Of a DNA stretch of 32,000 nt, positions 15,370 to 22,067 are shown in pieces. The notes beneath the pieces were generated by a model. The model searched no databases and was not told the origin of the DNA. It worked only from the letters and a program-made list of their open reading frames with translations. The first letter of the stretch is position 1. Every line of letters starts with the position of its first letter. Both the position numbers and the translations under genes were made by a program. This DNA comes from Sporolactobacillus shoreicorticis (GTDB lineage Bacteria; Bacillota; Bacilli; Bacillales; Sporolactobacillaceae): the NCBI RefSeq assembly GCF_024125445.1, contig NZ_JAMXWM010000032.1:20428-52427 (forward strand), given 5' to 3'.

Positions 15370-17150
15370 GCGTTCCACAAACAATCCCATCCACCACAGG
15401 AAAAGGCGGAATTTCTAGTGATAAAAAATTGGGGGTATGGAAGGAATTCCTGTCTTTATATACCCACCTGCGCATTCCGTGGTGGTTGTATATCGTTAGT
15501 GCCCTGATTGGTTTCCTTTACGGAGACCTGACCGTGAGAATATCCGCGTACACCGTCAGGGTTAACAACGGCGAGCTGTACAATTCCACCATTATCGGGT
15601 ATGTGCTGTTAACGGTTCTTAACTCGATCATTATGCTGGCACAAGGAATGACGAGTCAATATGCCGACCAACGAACGACACTACGCGCCAGAAATCTTCT
15701 CTGGAACAAGATTCTGCATCTTCCGATCAACACCATTGATCGGAAGGGGCCGTCGTCATATGTAGCAGGTGTGACGACCTCAGTTACACAGGCGGGCTAT
15801 GCCATAACCTCGCTGATCACACTGTGTTCCGCCCTCTATGCCTTCATCAAGGCGTTCATCGTCCTATATCAGTACAATAAGACGTTGACTACTTTTCTGC
15901 TGTTGCTGATTCCGTTCGTCGTGTTTCTCTTTTTCTTTGGAGGCCGTCTGTTCTTCGCCGCTTCAAAGCGCTACTACAACGGTACCAAGGTCACGACCGA
16001 ATTTTTTTCCGAACATCTGCCGAACGTCGTGTATGTCAAGTCGCAGGTTGCCGAACAAGACGAGGTGGTTCAGGGGAACGTGGCTATCGACGTTAAATAT
16101 AAAGCGGGATTGTTCATGGGATTCATTTATGCAATTATCGTCCCACTAAACACACTGTACAACACAGTGGCTTCTATATTCATCGCTCTGATCGGCAGCG
16201 GGATGGTCCGTAAAGGACAGTTGGAGAAGACGGGTATTAACACGTTCTCCACCTATACGGGCAACGTTAATACACAGTTGCTGCAGATGGTCGTTCAATA
16301 TGAGGCGATCAAGGGCGCGCAGGGTAATCTGAAGCATTCCAACGCTATACTTCAGCTCGAAACGGAACAATTGGACAGTGGCTTAGCCAAGGACATTCAA
16401 ATCAGTGACATTGTCCTGAGCGGCGTATCGTTCACATACAGCGATGGCCGTTCCGCTCTGCATGATGTCTCGTGCACTATTCCCAGTGGGAAACGCACGG
16501 CTATTATCGGAGGCAATGGTTCGGGCAAGTCAACGCTACTCAAGCTGTTGCTTCGCCTCTATGACCCTTCCGAAGGTTCGATCACCCTCAAACGAGCGGA
16601 TAAGGTCACAGAGATTGACGAATTCTCCCTTAAGGACTATCGTGCCCACTTCGGCTATGTTCCCCAATACCCGTATATCTTTGCTGGAACCGTGCGGGAC
16701 AACATTGGCTATGGCGTCGAAACGATTGACGAGGCGAGCCTGCAGCGTGCGTCGGACAGCGCTCATGCCACTGAATTCGTCACGAGTCTCACCAGTTCCT
16801 TTGACACCGAATTGAATGAAGCTGGCACCAATCTCTCAGGGGGCGAGGCGCAGCGCATAACCTTGGCACGGGCTCTTGTAGTCAATCCGGAATTTGTCCT
16901 GCTCGATGAGTCCACGTCTGCCGTCGACCAGGAAACGTCGAATGCGATCATCCGATCACTTGACGGCTCCAAAAATGAACGGACAATCATTCAGGTTACT
17001 CACGATCCGGATGGAGTGGCGACTGCGGATCATATTATTGTCCTAACTGATGGCCAGGTCGAAGCAGAAGGTACCCACCAAGAATTGTTGGCGACCAGTC
17101 CTACCTACCAAAGATTCATTACGGCCGGTGAGCGGGAGGGAGAGCAATGA
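15366..17150 (+). CDS. ABC transporter, fused permease/ATP-binding protein, subunit 2 of a probable heterodimer
   Basis: The ATG overlaps the stop of the upstream gene (ATGA), with SD GAGGAGG. Exporter TMD plus NBD with Walker A GGNGSGKST, signature LSGGEAQR, Walker B VLLDES and H-loop VTHD. Both NBDs keep the catalytic Glu. Confidence 0.9.
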   Translation: MSVPQTIPSTTGKGGISSDKKLGVWKEFLSLYTHLRIPWWLYIVSALIGFLYGDLTVRISAYTVRVNNGELYNSTIIGYVLLTVLNSIIMLAQGMTSQYADQRTTLRARNLLWNKILHLPINTIDRKGPSSYVAGVTTSVTQAGYAITSLITLCSALYAFIKAFIVLYQYNKTLTTFLLLLIPFVVFLFFFGGRLFFAASKRYYNGTKVTTEFFSEHLPNVVYVKSQVAEQDEVVQGNVAIDVKYKAGLFMGFIYAIIVPLNTLYNTVASIFIALIGSGMVRKGQLEKTGINTFSTYTGNVNTQLLQMVVQYEAIKGAQGNLKHSNAILQLETEQLDSGLAKDIQISDIVLSGVSFTYSDGRSALHDVSCTIPSGKRTAIIGGNGSGKSTLLKLLLRLYDPSEGSITLKRADKVTEIDEFSLKDYRAHFGYVPQYPYIFAGTVRDNIGYGVETIDEASLQRASDSAHATEFVTSLTSSFDTELNEAGTNLSGGEAQRITLARALVVNPEFVLLDESTSAVDQETSNAIIRSLDGSKNERTIIQVTHDPDGVATADHIIVLTDGQVEAEGTHQELLATSPTYQRFITAGEREGEQ

Positions 17151-17287
17151 AGAAAATCGTGACAATAGTGTCGGTGCTGCTTGTTCTCGGTCTAGCTGGT
17201 GCGCTACTATATGTGCAATTCTCACCCGATTACGTTGTGCCGAAACAGGAGGGCTGGATCAATCAGATGAGTAAGAGTTTCTCCTGA
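17147..17287 (+). CDS. Unannotated 46-aa single-pass membrane protein, translationally coupled to the second ABC gene
   Basis: Not in the ORF track (under 60 aa). ATG 17147 overlaps the ABC stop (ATGA), and SD GGGAGGGAGAG lies within the ABC 3' end. Translation MKKIVTIVSVLLVLGLAGALLYVQFSPDYVVPKQEGWINQMSKSFS has a positively charged N-terminus followed by one hydrophobic helix. The operon terminator follows at 17421. Confidence 0.55.
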   Translation: MKKIVTIVSVLLVLGLAGALLYVQFSPDYVVPKQEGWINQMSKSFS

Positions 17288-17420
17288 CACTGGTGATTGT
17301 ATTGTCGGGATACACTTTGCAGGGTCAAAATGGGAAAGGCTGTTTATGAAGTGACAAAAAAGTCTGTTTTTGGACTGTATCCTTTGTCAAAGACAATTAA
17401 AAAAAGACTTATGTATTGAG

Positions 17421-17459
17421 AAGATGATTTCTGCTTTGAACAGAGATCATCTTTTTTTA
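17421..17459 (+). terminator. Rho-independent terminator of the ABC operon
   Basis: 13-bp stem AAGATGATTTCTG / CAGAGATCATCTT (one mismatch), 7-nt loop, then TTTTTTTAT. Confidence 0.75.
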
Positions 17460-17749
17460 TGAGGATGGTGGCTGGATGTTGAGTAAATAAACAGGCAAGT
17501 CATGCCTCCTATGTGTAAAATGTTTCTCGGGGGAATAAATTTGACTTGGGGTATGAAAATAGGGCGGCGTGCAGCTCTTTCTTTACGAATCAGGCTCTTT
17601 TTATTCCCTTGACTGGACGAAAAGGAGAAGGCTCCTTATTCTAAATGTATACCCACCAAGGACTAGCGTTGCAGTAATTAAAACTGATGATTCAAAATAC
17701 TAGGAATAATCAAATTTAAGGTGGTTAGCCAACAAAAAAATTCTTTACA

Positions 17750-18541
17750 ATGGAAGGATCGGTGATTCGATCCAAATTCAAAGAAAAGGATCGACATGTG
17801 GATAAGAATACACATCTCTCTTCATTTTCGCAATGGCTAAATCAGATTAATTTTAAACAGCTTGACGAAACCCTCGGACAAACCGGCAGCGACAAGTACG
17901 TGAAAAAGCTGATGACAAAGGCTTATATGACCCTTTTTCTGTATGCTCATCTCCAGAAAGAAGACAGTCTGCATTCGATTTCGGACTGCGTCTTGAGTGA
18001 AGAACTTCAGAAAGCAGCGGGTCTTTCGTCGATCAGTGCCTCACAACTTTCAAGAAAAAATAACTCCGTTGACCCGCAACTGTTGATGATGATCTTTCTT
18101 GATCTGGTCGCCAAGATTAAAGGCAAACAGGTGCCTAAAATTGATGAGCAGCTTAGGGTTGTGGATTCGACGACGATACCCTTGAATGCTCAGCGCTATC
18201 CATGGGCTCACTTTCGTAAAACCAAAGCCGGTGTCAAACTGCACCTTCGTCTTGTCTTTATGGGAAAAGGGCAAGTGTTTCCGGAAAAAGCAGTCCTGAC
18301 ATCCGCTCAAGTCAATGACCGCTCGCAACTCGATGTACTTGTTGACGAGAAAGAAGCCATGTATGTCTTTGATCGAGGATACGTGGACTATCGGGCCTTT
18401 GATCGCTTTTCAGAAGAGGGGATGTTCTTTGCTTCCCGTTTAAAAAAGAATGCCGTTATCCATGTCTTGCATACCTATAAGGTACCCGAAAACAGTTCTC
18501 TTTTATCGGATCAAATGATCCTGCTGCAATCTCTACTATGA
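17750..18541 (+). mobile_element. IS4-family (DUF4372-type N-terminus) transposase, N-terminal ~260 aa fragment
   Basis: GSDKYVKKLMTKAYMTLFLYAHL...DSLHSI fits the DUF4372 pattern. VVDSTTIPL (D1), RKTKAGVKLHLRL and VFDRGYVDY (D2) with FFASRLKKNA follow. The region carrying the catalytic E and the Y-R-E-K motif of this family is missing. Confidence 0.75.
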
Positions 18542-19214
18542 ATCCTTTCTGACGGACTGGGACTATTCAGAAGTCAAGAAACGAACCGGGGAGATCATAA
18601 CCGATAAAAAAAGACTGTATCTCCATCTCTACTATAATGATCAAAAGGCAACTGACGATAAGATAGCCTTCAATAAACTGCTGGATCATCTAGAGGAAGA
18701 GCTTCAATTGGGCAAGAGAAAACCGGAACATGAAAAGCTTTATGAACGTTACTATGCATGGAAGGAAACGCCTGTCCGGGGGCTTTCCCTGACACCCAAA
18801 GAAAAGGCCATTGCCCAAGCAGAAAAGGATTTTGGCTACTTCGCCCTCATTTCTAATGGGATCAAAGATCCCATCGAGGCGCTGGAGATCTATCAGACCA
18901 AGGATCTGATCGAGAAAGCCTTCGGAAATTTAAAGGAACGGTTGAATCTTCGCCGGACTTCCGTTTCCTCCGAAGAAAACTTGGAAGGCAAACTTTTTGT
19001 CCAATTCATTGCGCTGTTCTATCTTTCCTACATAAAAAAGGCAATGGGCGATCATCAGCTATTCAAGCAGTACACCATTCAGGAACTTTTGGATGAACTG
19101 GACGTAGGTGAGCAATACAAGCAACCCGGGGGTCACAAGCATATTGGCGAGCTGACCAAGAGACAGATGAGCCTTTATCAGGCTCTTGGGGTTGAGCCGC
19201 CTGCCTTGGTATAA
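18519..19214 (+). mobile_element. IS1634-family transposase, C-terminal ~230 aa fragment (open frame with no start of its own)
   Basis: The frame is open from 18519: ..KKRLYLHLYYNDQKATDDKIAFNKLLDHLEEELQLGKRKPEHEKLYERYY...GYFALISNGIKDPIEALEIYQTKDLIEKAFGNLKERLNLRRTSV.SEENLEGKLFVQFIALF. I recognise this as the characteristic IS1634-group C-terminal region with the Y(2)K/R(3)E(6)K signature. It is joined abruptly to the IS4 fragment at about 18520-18545. Confidence 0.65.
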
Positions 19215-19215
19215 T

Positions 19216-19585
19216 TTATCGGGAATCCAGGATGCTATGGATTAACCCGTGGCTAGTCAAGTAATTTCTATACTTACACGATGAATACGCGCTTTCCAGA
19301 TCTGTGTGTACGAGAATGGAATCAGTGTGTGGAGCTAATGCTTTTTTAACCGTTCCAATAAGTAATTCGGTTGTTTCAGTAGCCCTACCGCCTAGGAAAA
19401 AATTCGGTGGTCAAATAGATCTCTCATAACACTTAAACGCAATTTTTCGTCAAGCCAAACAATTGCGCTTCCCGAGACGGAATGTACGAAGGATCTTAGA
19501 TCACCAAACATAGGGAGAACTTAGGTGTGAAAGTGCGATTTCACGTTCCAATGCAGTAAATGGAACGAGATCAGCAATAAAAGTT
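19216..19585 (-). mobile_element. IS3-family transposase (OrfB) fragment, decayed and truncated at both ends
   Basis: Minus-strand frames: ..GDLRSFVHSVSGSAIVWLDEKLRLSVMRDLFDHRIFS*, then ..APHTDSILVHTDLESAYSSCKYRNYLTSHGLIHSILDSR*. These match the IS3 OrfB pattern (N..W.TD.T.....YL....DLF.R.I.G and ..HSD.G.QY.S..Y...L...GI..SMS..G). The fragment abuts the IS1634 fragment at 19215. Confidence 0.6.
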
Positions 19586-19711
19586 TAACAAAATCTTTTT
19601 CTCAATTAATTATCACTTTTACTTTTCAGCCGCTTTTTTATTAGTTTCGGTTTATGTCACGATCGTTTATTCTAATAATAGAGCAGGATAATAAGAAGAG
19701 GGTGGTAATCT

Positions 19712-20755
19712 ATGCGATTAATAAGCAATCAAGGGGATCAAAAAGATAAAGGAAAGAATAATCGGGGGCGGTTGAAAACAAAGATTCTTTTAGTATCCGG
19801 AATTTTGACGGCAGCTGCCGCCGTATTCAAAGTCACGGAAAGTATGATTGGTTCTTATTTCTACCGTCTGGCGATTGCGCGGGAGGATTCGCCTCATCGA
19901 AAAAATCTTGATCCGGCAGTATCGAAGGAACATCTCTCTCCCGCAATAAAAGCTCGGATTGATGAACGGAAGGCTGTGAAAGAACGTTTTCTCCGGGAGT
20001 GTCCGCCGGTCGATGTTTCTTTTAACGCATCCGATGGTCTGAAGCTCCATGCCTGTCGGTTTAATGCGCATCCGGAAGGCCATCGTTGGATCGTTCTTTT
20101 GCACGGATATATGAATGAAGCTTCTTTTATGTTCTATTATGCATCTGTTTTTGCGGATCATGGTTTTAACGCACTTGTTCCTGATTTGCGTGGAGCGGGG
20201 CAGAGCGAGGGTGAATATATCGGCATGGGCTGGAATGATCGGTTCGATGTGGTCGGCTGGATTCAAGAGATCATTAAATGGGATCCGCAGGCACAGATTG
20301 TCATTTTCGGTGTTTCGATGGGAGCTGCGACTGCGATGATGACGGCGGGCGAGAAGCTTCCCGAACATGTAGTTTGCGTTATTGAGGATTGCGGCTATAC
20401 GTCGGTGGCGGATGAATTCGCTTATGAATTACATAATCTATTTCGACTCCCTTCATTCCCCATCCTTCACTTTGCCGATCGAGTCACGCGGTCTCGTGCC
20501 GGTTATGGCATTTTTGAAGCGTCGGCCGTTGAACAATTAAAAAAAGCAAAGATACCGATTTTATTTATTCATGGCGATAAGGACACGTTTGTTCCAACGA
20601 GTATGGTGCATAAAGTCTATGAAGCAGCCGCAGGGGATAAAGAGCTGCTGCTTGTAAAAGGGGCGACACATGCTGCTGCTTCTCTTGTTGATCCGGATCT
20701 GTATTTTTCAACGATTTTTCGCTTTGTTGAGAAATACATGAGTATCCGTCAATGA
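19712..20755 (+). CDS. Membrane-anchored alpha/beta-fold hydrolase
   Basis: 347 aa with SD AAGAGGGTGG. N-terminal TM helix (ILLVSGILTAAAAVF), HGY oxyanion region, nucleophile elbow GVSMGA, and C-terminal HGDKD..V and a late His (ATHAA). Confidence 0.85.
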   Translation: MRLISNQGDQKDKGKNNRGRLKTKILLVSGILTAAAAVFKVTESMIGSYFYRLAIAREDSPHRKNLDPAVSKEHLSPAIKARIDERKAVKERFLRECPPVDVSFNASDGLKLHACRFNAHPEGHRWIVLLHGYMNEASFMFYYASVFADHGFNALVPDLRGAGQSEGEYIGMGWNDRFDVVGWIQEIIKWDPQAQIVIFGVSMGAATAMMTAGEKLPEHVVCVIEDCGYTSVADEFAYELHNLFRLPSFPILHFADRVTRSRAGYGIFEASAVEQLKKAKIPILFIHGDKDTFVPTSMVHKVYEAAAGDKELLLVKGATHAAASLVDPDLYFSTIFRFVEKYMSIRQ

Positions 20756-20859
20756 ACAAAAAAGAGAACAGGATAGGTGTCACTTGTCCTAGTATTATCG
20801 TTTCTCCTGTTCCCGCCGTTTTGGACGAGCCAAACAGATTGCTTTTAAAACAAAATAAA

Positions 20860-20906
20860 ACGATTCGGATATCTCTTTTACAAAGAAAATAACCGGATCG
20901 TTTTTC
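20860..20906. terminator. Hairpin terminator between the hydrolase gene and metQ (large loop, bidirectional T-runs)
   Basis: Stem ACGATTCGG (20860-20868) / CCGGATCGT (20893-20901) with one mismatch and a 24-nt loop. T-rich runs flank it on both strands. Confidence 0.5.
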
Positions 20907-20922
20907 TATAATTAGGATTCTT

Positions 20923-21729
20923 TTACCAGGCAGGCACTACAGAGCCATGAAATGTTTTATTGATGTACGCTTTGATGTGCGCTGAATGATAATAGCTCTT
21001 TATTTGTTTAATGACCTTGTCATTTTTATTTTTTGTACGAACGACAAAATAGTTTGGATAACTGTTATGTGTGAGCGATTCATGATAGACAGAGTCGTTT
21101 AGAATGGTCAAATCGGCACCCATGGCAAAATTGGAATTAATTGCTGCCGCGGTTACTTCATCGAGATGAGAGGTAATCTGGGCAGGATCCATAGATATAA
21201 ATTCAAGATGCTTCGGATTGCTGACAATATCGCGGGTTGAGCCGGTTCTTTGTGTCCCTTTCTTCATTTTAATTACACCCGCTTTCTCCAGCAAGGTCAG
21301 GCTGCGTGGCTGGCTGGACGGATCATTCGGTATCGCAATTTTATCGCCCTTTTTCAGATCCTTTAAGTTTTTAATCTTATTTGAGTAAATACCCATTGGC
21401 AATGCGACCGTTTTGAAAACATCGGTAATTTTATAACCCCTGTCCTTAATTTGTGCCTTTAAAAAGGGCAACGTTTGATAACTGCTGGCATCCAGATTCC
21501 CGTTGTCCAGTGCCGTATTTGGCTGGTTGTAATCATTAAAAACTTTCAGGTGGATGGTCAGTCCATCTTTCTTAGCAAGCTTGGAAACCTGTTCCATGAT
21601 TTGCTGATGCGGTCCGCCGGTTACGCCAACCGTGATTTCTTTTTCGCTTAATGTGCCGGAATTGCTGCTGCAACCAGCCAGAGCAAAAATGATCAAAACA
21701 ATTAGTCCCGTCAAATAAACTCTTTTCAC
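20923..21729 (-). CDS. metQ: MetQ/NlpA-family methionine-binding lipoprotein (ABC substrate-binding component)
   Basis: 268 aa, GTG start 7 nt after GGAGGG. Lipobox LAGC after a signal peptide. ITVGVTGGPH..I, LDASSYQT.PFL, IAIPNDPS...R.L.LL and NYFVVRTKNK motifs are typical of MetQ. No metN or metP gene is adjacent. Confidence 0.9.
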   Translation of the reverse strand: MKRVYLTGLIVLIIFALAGCSSNSGTLSEKEITVGVTGGPHQQIMEQVSKLAKKDGLTIHLKVFNDYNQPNTALDNGNLDASSYQTLPFLKAQIKDRGYKITDVFKTVALPMGIYSNKIKNLKDLKKGDKIAIPNDPSSQPRSLTLLEKAGVIKMKKGTQRTGSTRDIVSNPKHLEFISMDPAQITSHLDEVTAAAINSNFAMGADLTILNDSVYHESLTHNSYPNYFVVRTKNKNDKVIKQIKSYYHSAHIKAYINKTFHGSVVPAW

Positions 21730-21785
21730 TACACTTCCCTCCGTTGTAAGTAATTATCTAAGCTGATAGATTAAATATAATTAAT

Positions 21786-21814
21786 ACTATAAGTTAAATG
21801 TGAATTAAAGACAA
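21786..21814 (-). promoter_or_regulatory. Putative sigmaA promoter of metQ (copy 1 of the duplicated promoter cassette, 21779-21816)
   Basis: Minus strand: TTGTCT (21814-21809), 17-nt spacer, TATAGT (21791-21786), about 55 nt upstream of the metQ GTG. Confidence 0.55.
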
Positions 21815-21838
21815 GATGTATTTTTATGTGATCTGTTT

Positions 21839-21888
21839 TATCGGTCTCTTTTGAAAAAATATCGGTCGGTTCCCTGGATTTATCGGTC
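21839..21888. repeat. Three direct repeats of TATCGGTC phased at exactly 21 bp
   Basis: TATCGGTC occurs at 21839-21846, 21860-21867 and 21881-21888 (units tTTATCGGTCtc, aATATCGGTCgg, tTTATCGGTCaa). They lie 25-75 bp upstream of the metQ -35. Confidence 0.6.
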
Positions 21889-21929
21889 AATTGCGGACAA
21901 TCCGCATGTTCTGCGGCTGCATCTATACG

Positions 21930-21967
21930 AAATGTGCCATGAACCTTAAAAAGTTCATGGCACATTT
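21930..21967. terminator. Rho-independent terminator downstream of the P-type ATPase gene
   Basis: Perfect 15-bp stem AAATGTGCCATGAAC / GTTCATGGCACATTT with an 8-nt loop, about 100 nt downstream of the ATPase stop. A T-run is present on the plus strand and a weaker one on the minus strand. Confidence 0.7.
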
Positions 21968-22067
21968 TATGATTAGAGCTGTTTGCCCTTTGTTTTGTTA
22001 ATTTCTGTACTGCTCATATCAAGGTTTCTCGAAGCTTATAGCTAAGATAATTCCCTTCAGCGATGAA

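Noticed and set aside
20818-20846. A possible third short copy of the IS3 core (ACGAGCCAAACAGATTGCTTTTAAAAC vs TCAAGCCAAACAATTGC...).
   Set aside because: Only about 20 nt of imperfect similarity, with an indel and no flanking IS3-like translation. It could be chance, so it is mentioned only for follow-up.
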